A DNA stretch of 64,000 nt from Ptychomitrium polyphyllum. Lineage: Eukaryota. The translations under genes and the position numbers were made by a program. A model generated the notes under the pieces. That model saw only the letters and a program-made list of their open reading frames with translations, was not told the DNA's origin and made no database searches. The stretch is taken from the NCBI GenBank assembly GCA_973851085.1, contig OZ316775.1, forward strand, positions 18,476,001 through 18,540,000, given 5' to 3'. This document shows positions 47,153 through 59,861 of the stretch, piece by piece. Position 1 is the stretch's first letter. Each line of letters begins with the position of its first letter.

Positions 47153-50100
47153 CGAAGGTTTTGAGCTTGCGATTGAGTGGAAAGTGTAGCAGGTAATCAT
47201 TGAAACAACAACGCGCTGCTCCTCGCAACGAAGCGATCATCAGCAATTATTGCTAATTCAGCACGAAATGAAGATATCCTGGGTCCAGTCGTTCTTGATG
47301 ATCGAAGGTGTCATCAATGACAGGTTGTTTTCAGAGTTTCTTCTGTATGCTATCTTTTAGCAGGGTTTGTAGTACCTTGCTTTTTTAGGTGTTCTACTTT
47401 TGTAACAATTCTTTTAGAATAGATGGCGAGGGATAGAAATGCCAAGCTTCCCCCATCGTTTAAGTTTGGTGTGCTACTGGTATGCAAGCTGATGCGGTTT
47501 GCATCCTTGTATATCTTGAGCTGACAAGTACCAGCTAATATCATGTGCATAATCTTTCAAAATGTCGAAAGTCTTCCTCAGATCATGCAGAGAACGTGGT
47601 CATAGGAAGGGGAGTCAATTCTGTCATCTGACAAATTTACGTGAATAAACCTGGCTCGCCCCTGAAAAATTATAGCTTTTCTGCGGAGAGCTTGTATTTG
47701 ACAGTTCTTTTTTGTACGAACTGTGGCATGTCAAATGAGAGTTTCACCATCATTTTTCTGTAGATATCTAAAATATTAAACAGCCGTATCCAGATATTTC
47801 ACTTCAATGTTTGTGCTTGAGTTGTCTGTAGTACAGTATCAGTAAAATGTTGTCATGATTTTTTTGAAATGATTGGGCTTCTGCATCCAGAATGGACTTA
47901 GAAACCACTAGTCTATCTTTACTGTTGTTATGTTTTGTAGCATCACAGTACTGTAAATGGTCTTTATACGTGCGTTGCAGCATAAGTATTGTGCTGTTAT
48001 AGTCCAGTAGACATCGGTTACTCTGTAGGGAATAGCATGGTTTCATAGTTTCAAAACTCGTAGCCTTCCTCTTTATTTTTATTTCTTGCGTTCAATGTTT
48101 TCTTGAATTCTTTGATCATTCTCACTCTCGAGGTCTTCCCCTTACGTTGGTGTTAATCAAACACACAACTTCGGTGATGAAGCAGCAGCTAGAAAGTGGA
48201 GAAACGGTTGGTTAGCTACAATTCACATATTCAGGTCATATTCTTTAGTATTGCTCAGCAGAAACTACACGCCGGTAACTCATAGGCAATCTGGATCCTG
48301 TTTACGTCATCTATTCCGAGCTCTAACTAATACAGTTCTGATTTCAGGAATGAAGTTCCTGGTGCCGAAACCAAAACTTATGCAAGTCCTGAGCCTAGTT
48401 CTTACCTTGATTTGCATTGGGCATGGTGAGCACGCTCCTTCCAATTCAGAGTTTATCTGCGCCCGGTTTCTATCGAGCGACCTCTATTCCAATCTATTTC
48501 ACTCAGGAATCAAGTTGTCAAGCATTTGGCTATTGAATGGGACCAACCAGTGTCTGATCGAGTCAGTACACAGAATCCAAAATGTTACGATCACTTTCGA
48601 TGGATAATTATTATAATATGTGAATGAATAATTCTTATTTCTCTCTGCAAGGGCCAACAATACTATGACACGACAACCCAAAATCTGCAACGGGACTCAC
48701 CAAATTGTAATGCAATCACCGAAAGTGGTCAAAACCTCAACATCAATTTGGGTGCTGGCAGCCGCAGGCAGATTCGAGTCATTGCCCGTTGCAACTTGCA
48801 ACCAATAGTGACCCGAAAAAAGCAACATTCAAATTCATTCGGGTCCCACCTCTCAAGAAAAACCGCCAAAAATCAGTACAACTGGTACTCACCACCCATA
48901 CTATAATAAAATGCTTGAAGCGTCCGTCATTTCTTGTTCCTTTTGAGTCAAATAGAACTCATAGCTGACCGACCTCCCACTGTTGCTTCTCCGATCCGTC
49001 TCTCTGCCATTCCAATTTGGTCACTTGCTTCGATCTAGTACTACTGCCAAAAGCAATGAATGAAAAGCGTTCTCTTTGCGCAAGGTTGCTCATTTTCCAG
49101 TCTTAGCAGGGAGATGAAGTTCGCAGGCCGCTGTTGCAATCAACTGAGTGAATGCTGAGGTGAAATGGTTTGTAGTTGCCCGTTGTTGATTTCCACACGA
49201 TGAATGGCTTTATATGATCTGTTTGCAATGGAAGTTTCTTTTATTTACTTTCAAAAGAAAAGAGAAGTAGTTTGAGGTTAGGTGTTAAACGATATGTGTT
49301 GATTGGTGTCTGCGAAGTGTCAGAACCGAACTTCTGAGCTGTGAGACTTTTTTCATATGAGCGTTCCTTCTGAGCAAGATAGCTCATTTTTCAATCCTTG
49401 CCGGGTGATGGAGTTCTGGGCTTGAAGTGGGGAATCAAATGACTTAGCAATGTGTTGCTGTGAATTGGGTGCATCACTACCGACAGGTTGGGACTTTGTA
49501 GAGGGTGGAGCTTGGGGTGGCAGTTTCAGCAGTCGGCATGACTGGATTCTAGATCATATTGTTTAACTTTTCGGTAATATCTACTCACTGGGGTGGTGGA
49601 GGGACTGGAGCCTTTGGTACTATCAGTAATTCTGAACTGTTCGCTCTTGCATCGCAGAGCGGACAGATCTGGGAGCGCATGGAACTGTGTTTGAAGGGAA
49701 GTTGGGGATAGAATAGAGAGAAGCAGAAGGAGGGGTGGTAGGAGGTGGAGATGGAGGTGAGCATGCCACGAGAAGCCGCACTTAGGGCTACATGTGAGTC
49801 GTGGTAGAAACGTGGTTGGAAAACAAAGTGTGTTGCATTGGAGTGCGTTACGTTGAAGCAGTTGATGGATTAGTAGCACGTTCTGTGAAGGCTTTTTGGG
49901 AGCCAGTTTCATTGTTTGCGACCCAGAACGCAAGGTGAAAGAAATTTCTGGTAGTGAGAATGGAGCTGGGTTGTTGGGGCGGCTACATTTTGGGGATTAG
50001 GAGGTGAGGTCCAGGGTTGGGCACTACAGGGTATGTTGTTTCGTTGGTCTCTTGCGTTTCTTAGAGTCCAGCAAAATTTGACCTTCAATCAGGGATTTCT

Positions 50101-50330
50101 GAGCGACCGGAAGATGCAAGAGAGGAAGATTAACTCCGACACCAGAGCAATCTGAAGAGGGCTTTTAGGCTCAGATTATGGATTCATCAACACAAATGTC
50201 CGTCCTGGAATTTGAAGAGTATTCCGATGTGCTTGAAGACCCTGCGTTTGCCTCTGTTTCAAGTTTCCAACACATGGATATTTGAAGTTTCTGAGTTTGA
50301 GAGCTTGAGGCGCATTTCCACGACGATAAG

Positions 50331-53133
50331 ATGTTGCTCCATTTCCACGACCCGGCGAAGCTGAGAACGAAAAAGGTAGGGTTTCTCTCGTTGCATTCTT
50401 ATCATAGATCCTCCAAGCTCCTGCTATGTTTTGTATCAGGTAGTCTTTTATCAGTCAGTTTCCTGAATGAGCGCATGCCGAAGTGGACAAGTAAGATCAA
50501 TGTTTGTACGGCAATGCTCACTGTTTTACTCCTGTATCTTGTCATAAGATGATCAAATAGCATTTTGTGCCGCTAACGCTTGATTGGACAACGGCGCAGA
50601 TTTTGTACGAAGAAAGCTTCTATGCACGAGATTCAGGTACATTAGAGCAGCTGAAGGAACTCAGCTCCAGGCGGCAAGCCATTCGAGATTCCATCAACGG
50701 AATTAGCAGGCTAACTCCTGTGATTGCAAGGGAGATGGCAGGGGGTATCACTTCTCCGGTTCTGCAGGTGAGTCTAGTACATTGTCCATCGCATTTTAAC
50801 CAAACATTTGGACATGCAAGTTCTTGTATAGAGCTAACCTTATTGGGCCCTGAATTTGTGAAAACATTATCGTGCATTCTACTTGAGATGATATATCTGC
50901 TCTGCTTTAGGTGACTTCTCACTAACAGCAGTCAAAACTATGGCTCTCAGGACTTGAATAAGATTGAGCGGTACCTTCCATTGCTTGAAAATCTAGTCAC
51001 ATGTGTGGAAGAGAAAGAAAAAGACAGAAATGTCATTCAGTGGACATCACAATTAGCGATTCGCTGGACGAGCCCCTTGAGTGGAGTGAGCGGCAGAGGT
51101 TTGAAGGGGCCAAGATATTTTCAGGTTGATGACATGCGCTATGAGCTAGGAATGACCCTGAATTTGTACGGAGCGATGCTAAGAGAGCGAGCTTTAGAGG
51201 TGGTGTGTACAGGTACGCCTGCATTTCCGCTTCTAATTGACTTTAATATTTACTTCGCCTTATTAAGATGTTTTCATTCTGGGTTGAAGCTTCGAGGGAT
51301 TTGTTCTTTACCAGCAAATAGATGCACACTTGGGAACCAGTTCGTTTTGGAGATATTTTGAAGGTTGGACCTTCTATGAATACAGCAAATACTGGAATCC
51401 CTGAAAGGATGTTCCAAAGACCCGTTTTGTGATTGATTCAATAACAATGGATATCTAGTTGTTGAAACCACAACGAAATGGCATCGGTCAATTTCAGCAC
51501 CGGGAGTCCTGCTCTTGTCTGCTTTGCTGTGCTCTCCTCTTGAAGTGTCCTATTCTAAGGCAGCTGTAATCTTCTGTAGACAAGGTGGAGGCAGCAGCCT
51601 TATTCAGGAGAGCGTCAGGAGTTTACATGCACTTGGCGAAGAATGTGTTACCTCCAGTGAAGGCCTTACTTCCCCCAGAGAGCTGCCCTGAGGTCAGACC
51701 AGCGCTGGCTTCCGTCATGAGTATCATCTGCCTGGCTGAAGCACAGGTGCATTTTGCCTGCCATCATCAAATGTATATTTTTTCAATCGTGAGCTAATAG
51801 TATTACGACGAGAAAACTTCATAAGTAAATTACTTGAGATGATCAAACTGTATACTACGTAAAATTGTATGCATCAACCTCTTCATTGATTTCTGAAAAT
51901 TTATGCAAATTAATACATGGAGCTCATAATTGCACTAATTACAGAATTCTGCCTTGACGGAGTATCATCTCGTGTTGTTTTTCACTGTATATTGTCTCAT
52001 TGTTTTAGAGTGTCGTTTCAGGCAGTAACAGTCAAGAAAGCAGAGGAGAAGGCCGCAAGTGGAAGTCTGCTAGCGAAGCTTCACTACGGGGTGGTGCAGT
52101 TTCTGGACGAAGCAGAATTGTTTATGAAGGAAAGCAGTGCCGACTTGAATGACATAACTAGCAAATTGAAGGTAAGTCGAGTCGATAAGGTGAAAAGTAA
52201 AATCATAAAAACGGAGCTATCCTCTCCTTCATTTGCATCTCGTGGACACTGTTATTTTGCAGTCTCGTGCAATGTGCTGACAGGGGAATCCCTTTGCAGA
52301 AATTCATCAGGATCGCTAGCGTGCTGCATGAGTCACGCAGTCAGAGGTACATTGCTGCAGAATGTACCAAGATTGAACGGTTTGGTGTAGCTGTTGGGGT
52401 GCTACGATATTCGTTGAAGAGGGTGCTACCTCTCCGCCCTGGTGATTTCCCAGACTTAGGGCATTGTTGAATTACAAAGGCTTATGATGTAGTTCTCTTG
52501 ATTTATTGTGGTGACATCTGCTTTATGTTCAAGATCTGCTGAAATTCAGCTTGTAGCATTGTGGACTTTTGCTCATCCGAAGATGTAATTGAAAACCATG
52601 GTCAGCATGCCGTCATGCGTCTAAATTATAAATCTTATATTCAATTGTGCTAGTCAGAACGATCTTTTAAATCTCTATGAGAGAAGTGAACATTGAGCTT
52701 ATATATCTTATTGGGTTTCGGATAGTCTTAGCAAGCTGTTAAGAAGGAATTTGAATAGTATTGTTCCAAGTGCGTCAAAGAGGTATTCCATTTTTTATTC
52801 TATGAAGCACACAAGTAACAGTGGCAGTCTGGTGTGTCTGCAGGTTTTGAATGGAAATCTTACAGGAAGTTTTTTCCTACTGTGCTGTACGAGTTGACAA
52901 GCTGTCTGGTTCCTGAACAGACGTCTGATTATGAGAAGTGGAGATTGTCATTCCAACGGGAGCATGATGAACTTCAGAATATGCTGAGAAAGTGCGAAAA
53001 TGAAAATGAGTTCATATGGCATGAGAAAACGCCTGACGTGGATGAGCTGCCCACCTTAGAGGGAACCAAGATTGTCCAACCTATCCCTTATAAATCCTTC
53101 GGCTTAGATCGAGAGTTCGTATTTGTCACATGA
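50331..53133 (+). CDS. BRO1-domain endosomal protein (plant BRAF/BROX-like), about 7 exons
   Basis: Spliced peptide: MLLHFHDPAKLRTKK / ILYEESFYARDSGTLEQLKELSSRR..AREMAGG / ERYLPLLENL..IRWTSPL..RYELGMTL..LRERA / EAAALFRRASGVY..ICLAEAQ / AVTVKKAEEK..LLAKLH / ..ENEFIWHEK..LPTLEG..PIPY..FVT*. These are Bro1-domain hallmarks. Confidence 0.9.
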
Positions 53134-53675
53134 TTTATTTTGAAGTAACTAGATTTCCCTCTTCATCACACTGTGAATGTGCCTTTGACCAAGGCCATTG
53201 GATGTGCTGTTCAATAACAACGGCCATTCTCTCTGTCCTACTTTAGATGTTTTGCCTTAAATAATTGGCTTTACGCCGGAAGGCGAAATTCGGGTCTCTG
53301 AGCTTCAATCAAAGTACTGTATCAAATTTTAGACTTGTACAGCGAAGAAGTTGTATTTTGATGAGAGTTCGCTGTTATAATTTCGAATTTGAGCTTCAGG
53401 TAGAGGTTGCTCTATCATCAAGCGGTGGTCATCTCAATTCGCAACAACGTTGATCCACGCTAAGCGCACTCGTCATCACTAATCTCGGTTTTCAAATGTC
53501 AACTATTCCTCCTCGACTCTAAACCTAGGTTCCATGGCAATGAACTGATTGTTGTTTACAGCTCAAACTAGAAACTTTAAAATGAATACAATCTAGTTGA
53601 CCGAATCTCCTACACCCAAGGAATCTATCTAGATCACTGAGTAAAAACAAGTGTGCCAATGTACTAATGAATTTC

Positions 53676-54434
53676 TTACGAGTTGCCTAGCACTGATTTG
53701 ACAATGCTGGACCCGGTGATGAAAGGAATGCCGTGTTGGGCCGCCCACGCCCTCGCCACAGCAGGTGGTAGAGCTCCAAAATCGTCACCCTCATTGCTGA
53801 GCATAACACAACCCACCACAACAGGCGTCGCACCTGCGGCTTTCGCCAGAGCGATAGAGAGCTCTGTGTGCCCCGTGCGAACCCTCAGCCCCTTGGCATT
53901 CTCCACACACAAAAAAATGTGTCCTGGCGTGTGAAACTCCGCCCCAAGCAGATCCGAAGCTTCGATTCTGTCAGTTCCATTTTTCTTCACTTCCTGGAAT
54001 AGCTCAGCTAAGCGTCTGCAAGTGAAGCTTCGCTCAACGTCCGGGGCACCCGTCTTGGTGTTCCTGTGGTCGAGAGAGAGCCCTACCGAGCAGGAGCCTT
54101 GACACATCTCCCCTCCAGCCTTGCCCATGTGCTGAAACACGGGATATTTCGCCCCAACCTCCGTTTGCGCGAGAACTTCGCCAATGAAAGGCAATCCGAA
54201 TGCTGAAGCGACTTCATGCCCCACGGAGATGTAAAGCTCCCCGCCTGCTTGAGTACGGAGGAACCGCAAGGAAGCTGGGGAGAGAGACGCAGCTGGGAAG
54301 AAGAGGTCGGTCTCGCCCTCCCGCTCCTCGCCATCCAGCACCGCCACACACTTGCTGTCGCGCAACGCTTCTAGAGCTGCACCCCATTGAGACGTCGACT
54401 CGTCATTCTCGGAAACTATTGCCGCTTCTACCAT
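53676..54434 (-). CDS. ribB: Stand-alone, intronless 3,4-dihydroxy-2-butanone-4-phosphate synthase (RibB) family protein, archaeal-type
   Basis: Motifs: ALEALR..VAVLDGEEREGETD (acidic loop), LDHRNTKTG..D.ER, EFHTPGH, RTGHTE. The first ATG is at 54434 (the ORF track starts at TTG 54455), and there is an in-frame stop shortly upstream. No GTP cyclohydrolase II domain follows. Confidence 0.9.
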   Translation of the reverse strand: MVEAAIVSENDESTSQWGAALEALRDSKCVAVLDGEEREGETDLFFPAASLSPASLRFLRTQAGGELYISVGHEVASAFGLPFIGEVLAQTEVGAKYPVFQHMGKAGGEMCQGSCSVGLSLDHRNTKTGAPDVERSFTCRRLAELFQEVKKNGTDRIEASDLLGAEFHTPGHIFLCVENAKGLRVRTGHTELSIALAKAAGATPVVVGCVMLSNEGDDFGALPPAVARAWAAQHGIPFITGSSIVKSVLGNS

Positions 54435-57400
54435 CGCTGCAATCCTTTCCAACAACTTCCAACCGCAAAACTGGTGAATTAGCTGCAGGTTGAAAGATCA
54501 CTCTTTCCTGAAGTACATGCACTTATCCTTACTTCGCTGCCCCGACGAGGACATGATTTGCATAACAGGTCGGATAACCATCGGAGGGTCATGGATGTAT
54601 GAATCTAAGTCCATGAAGGAGATGGATGGCTATCGCCAGATATTCCTCTCCAGATAACATGATCACTAAAGTTAGATGATATCCATAAGATGAGAGGTTT
54701 TCCGCCAGCAAATAATCATTCGTCGCACCAGCTACTAAAAGTGCAAGTGTCATGTACTGGAACCTGGAGGCTGGTGCACACGCACTGCATCACAACGCAA
54801 AATTGTCGAATGCCATTGGAACGTGAATCTGCTCCTTCTGTTCGACAAAATGTCAGCAAACTAGGGGAAGCTTCCTGCTTGAATTGAATCATTTGTAACT
54901 GTTGCTCTCCCTCCGAAGTCAGAGCACGCCGCATGAGGCACATCTGCAGAAAAACATGAAGTGATACACCCGCTCCTGTCAAGATCCAACCCCGCAACCC
55001 GCTACATTCGCCGTTGCGCCCCACCCTCGCCCCTAAACCCCTGCCCGCTTCATACAGTAGATGCACATTTTCCCCTCTGTTTACAACATGCTGAGTTATA
55101 AGCAGTCTCTTCGAAAAATAAAACCGTCGAATCATTCTGAAATAGGGCTCCGGACCACAACTTATGAGCAGTGACCATCCCAAAAGATTGCAAATTATGT
55201 ACATCTGCTGTTCTCTGCAATTCCTGCTAAACAAGCCGTCAATACAGGCTGTAAGGGATAGAAGGTATCAGATATCACTCTGAATAGAACGCCAATCAAC
55301 ATACAAAGGAAAATGAACAAACGAACGGCATGGAGACTTCCAAAGCAAAATCTCAATAACCAAACACCGCAAAACTAACTGAAACATCTCAAAAACAAAA
55401 AGTGGAAGAAGGCCAATGGCAAACCAAGCCGTAAAAGTTAAGCTCGTTGCATTCGAATTGAAAACATGGGGCCTAGAACTCTGATGCAGAATATTAAGCA
55501 CTGAACATGATGTGATCGTTGTAGATGCAGGATGGTACACAAAAAGCATACATGCCATATGGAAAAATGTATAGGGGAAATTGAGTGTGGAATACTATCC
55601 TATCTTTATGCATCTTGTGGACATAATTGGTAGTCATGTCTTCAAACTAAGGAGAACAATATAGGAGAATCTATGTATGGAAAACCATTATATCCTTATG
55701 ATTACATGGATACATTCTATACTCTCATCTTTCACATGTACTATTAGTTTTCAATTTACTTATATTGAACCATTTCACACGGTAAATTTTTTTATTTTTG
55801 TATCAAATTTAGAATTAAGTAATTTCCTTAGAAAAACACTTCAAACTTGTAGTCAACAAAGCTTTTATATTTTTAGTCTTCAAATAATTGCAACTAAATA
55901 TATATATGAAATGTATGTGGTGGATTATGCATATATAATAGATATATCTCAATATCCTATTGACTGTAAAACATCCTTTTTTTCAACTAATAAAGATCAA
56001 CAAAGAAGGTACTTCCTTGAATATAGGGCTTATCAGATGTCTAAACAAATAGATGAATGGATACAAATAAATGGACTAATATACAACCTTGCATAAATGG
56101 TAATGCAAATTGATCTAATAAAGATCAGTTATAATTTAATCTTTGATAAAGTGAAATTGAACTTATTTCATCCACATAGTATGCTATATAGCTCTTATGC
56201 GTGGAATAGGAGAGTGCAAGCAAGAAAGAGGCACAAGCATGGAACATCCACATGGAATTTCCTCCACCATGCCATGAAAGGTGAGTAATTAAAGATAAAA
56301 TGCAAACTAAAAAATTAGTAGGTATTTCTTTTTTATACAAACTTATCTACTCCAAATATCAAGACTAACACATATATCTAGTCCAAAAAGGACAAATTTG
56401 GAACCATGTCCCTTCCATAAGAGAACCCTGCATTATGTGTTTTTATAATCTACATTGCATATTTTTTTTAATCAAATTAAGTTTCTAATTAAAAAGATGT
56501 ATTTGATCTCAATATGTAGCTTATATTCACCACTATGTAGTCTACATTCACTTATTGCTACTAAATTTAAATAATACGTACTTCAAAGAATTGCAAATTA
56601 TTGATGAAATAAACCTATGCAATGTATGTGAGTATGTATTGCAATTTTAAAAGAACCATTGAAGTAGTTTGGATGGACACTACACATTGCACTTGTGGTG
56701 TGATGTACTTGATACTGTTTGTTGCATTGACAAAAAAATAATAATAAAATTCTATGAATTATTTTCATTACATTTTGTGAATCAAGTATGCAAATTTGTG
56801 AAAATAAAGAAGTCAAAGAATTTTTTTTATTTGTATACATGTAAATTACGCTTTAGCCTTCTTAAACAAACCTTATACAAGATCCTCTTATCTACAGTCA
56901 ACCCTTTTTAAATTACGCTCAATTAATAACACATTATGCATTGACTTTATACAAGACAAATTCCATTCACATTACAATGTTAGGCCTGTATTTTATGAAG
57001 TCCTAGTCATGAATATTTGTGGATGTGCCTCTATTACACAATTTAGCAATTTAGCAGGTGCCGTACAAAAATTCAAATAATGATAGAAATGTCAATAGTA
57101 TTGGATGAGGGGATAAAATTGAATTAGTAATTTTTCAAACTCCACCTCCTGTAAAGCTACCAAATATCCAAGAATGTTTGGCTCTGGTGATAATAGAATG
57201 ACAAACCTGGATTTAGGACAGGATCCCTGACTCGCATCGTGAGCATTTCCTTCACGAAATCTGCCTTACACTAATAAATTTCGGTGAAAACAAGGGATGC
57301 AACCATCAGAAACACCGGCAACAAACAACAAACCCAAAACCTAGAATTGAAATTATCAAACTGATCGTGATGCCATATTCCTTCAGCAAATCTTGCCTCC

Positions 57401-59653
57401 AAAAAACGTGTAAAAGGGATCCCATGCCAGATACAGCCTCTCTGGAGCACCAGGCATCCATCGAATCCTACTTAACAAACCTGAATACCCCGAATCTGCA
57501 ACCACCCGATCAACAAAATTGCAACCCAGTTACTCTGCTGTGCTCTTCTATGCTCTGCGCAACCACTTCTGAACCTAGTCCAGAGAATCACGCTACAAAA
57601 AGTGACGCCTGTATTGATCACCAATAAATAAGTTGATTGAATCACCAGGTTTATGTTAGTGTCTGCAAAGAAAGGCAAGCAGTCAGGTCAGTCGGGTTAG
57701 TAGGCGATCATGCATGCATGAACGAATGAATAAATTCCGAGGTGCAGTGTTGAAAATCACCCTTGCAGCAGAATCTGCACCAAGGTAATTCATCATGGGC
57801 GTAAAGCGTGGAGTGAGCTTACAAAGTTTGTAATCTCATCTTCCGACTTCGCCACTCTCCTTCCTTTGAGCTTCCTTGTTATAAGGTTTACTGCTTTACG
57901 CTCGTGATATCCAGTATAGACCTTTACGTAGGAGACGGAGCAGCATCTCAGGCTTCTTCTTAGGCGTCTCTCTGTGCTTTCGCTTGTGTGTCCAGGGCTG
58001 ATCCAGAGACCTGCACTCGAGGACCATGCGCCAGGGGCAATCGAGGGACTGCATGCATGGACTGCATGCATCTTCACGTAGAAGCCAATGCCCATGGCCG
58101 CCACACCTCCAACTCCCCCTTCAAGGCTCGATTGCAATTTGCAACTTGCACGAGCTACTATTCACAAAGATTTCACCGATTGGTAGATTCCACAGATCAT
58201 CGAATATCCTGTAGATTCGCTCATGCGCTTGGGCGGACGCTTGGGAGAAGCTTGGCAGATCCCGACACCACTTTTGGCCGAAATGGTGGGCCCCAATTTC
58301 TGGCCATTCAAGAAATGGTAGATTGCTCATGTGAGTGCATGACATGATAGAAGTGGAATGTCATAGTGTTGTAGATGGGGATGTGCAATGGAAACCAAAA
58401 ATATTGCAATGATCTGACCTTAGGAGCCAGTACCAACCTACCAACCATATTGAAGCCTATAATTCTTATATAAAATGAATAGTATTCATTTTGTGAAGAC
58501 TAATCATGATGAAGGATTTTTATGTGTATTTGACAAAAATGTTCATCTTTTAAATAAATTTAGAGTACTTTGAAATGAATTAATATTAGTGGCACTAATA
58601 TCCAAAAATAGTATATAGTAGTTGTCTATTTTATTGTGGCTTAAATTTGATTGTATAATTTTAGAATAGTAAAATAGATTATATTAATAACACTAAAAAA
58701 CATTTAATTTTCTAGTATACATGCAATTTTACTTAGAATTTTAAGGATACAAAGCAATCACAAATTGGCATGTATGACATTTCTTTAAAATTTAAAAAAT
58801 ATATTTACTATTGAAATATTTGATAAATTTACTTACCTTATAAAAAAAATTGTAGTAAATCATTAGTTCTTTTTCTATCTTATTCAGCTTGAATTTTATT
58901 TTACTAATATAATCTATGTCTATATTCAAAACTATGACTATATAACAACTTTAATTTTTAAACCATGATCAGTGTAAACTATTTGTAATTTTGAAATTCA
59001 CAATTTTCTTTCTATTCTAATTCCAAAAGTAGGAATCATTTCATTTCAATAATTGTATTTCAGAAATAGGCATAACAATTTGATGTTGAAAATTAAATTC
59101 TTAACATTGAAAAAATTTAAAAGTTTTGCAATTTTGTATTTTGAATGCATTACTTTAAACAATTTAATCCACCACAAATGATATTAAAAATTTGTTAAAA
59201 TTCATGGATTAAAATCTTTTAAAAAATTTCAAGCTAAATATGTTCCATCAACACTTTGAATAATTTTAATATTAAAATTATTTTAATCAATTAACACACA
59301 TTATTTACACATAGCTTTAAGAAGTCAACCTTAGTTTAAAACAAATGCATTTGCAAATAAAGCTTTAAGTAGATGCTTCAATTGTAACAAGAAAAATACT
59401 TGATTGCAAATAATTTTTTATCTTTTAAATAAAAATAGAAGTTAAAACAAGCAAGGTAAAAGCTAATAATACAAAGAATCTTTTTGAATTAAACTTCTAA
59501 AATGAAAAAGATAAATAAAGCATGATATTACAACAATGAATGAAGCTAAAAGTACAATAGTATCAAATGATGTTGATTTCACATCTATGTTCTATTTAAT
59601 AGATTTTAGATACATTCATTAATGCTTATTTTTTTGAATGTCGTGCATTCTTC

Positions 59654-59861
59654 AATCTTGAATTTAGTCAGTGACCATTTTAGGCCTTTTGTATGTTTAT
59701 AAAGGAAATTTGTCCATTAAAAAATCTTGAATTTAGTCAGTGACCATTTTAGGCCTTTTGTATGTTTATAAAGGAAATTTGTCCATTAAAAAATCTTGAA
59801 TTTAGTCAGTGACCATTTTAGGCCTTTTGTATGTTTATAAAGGAAATTTGTCCATTAAAAA
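59654..59861. repeat. Perfect tandem repeat, 69-bp unit x 3
   Basis: Unit aatcttgaatttagtcagtgaccattttaggccttttgtatgtttataaaggaaatttgtccattaaaa starts at 59654, 59723 and 59792. There are no spacers. Confidence 0.95.

Noticed and set aside
44604..54434. Cofactor 'gene cluster' of FAD-dependent NAD-pathway AO and riboflavin-pathway ribB
   Set aside because: They belong to different pathways, lie on opposite strands and are separated by an unrelated BRO1 gene. Proximity alone is weak evidence in a plant genome.
59654..59861. Possible CRISPR array
   Set aside because: The units are contiguous and identical, with no unique spacers, no cas genes and a eukaryotic context.
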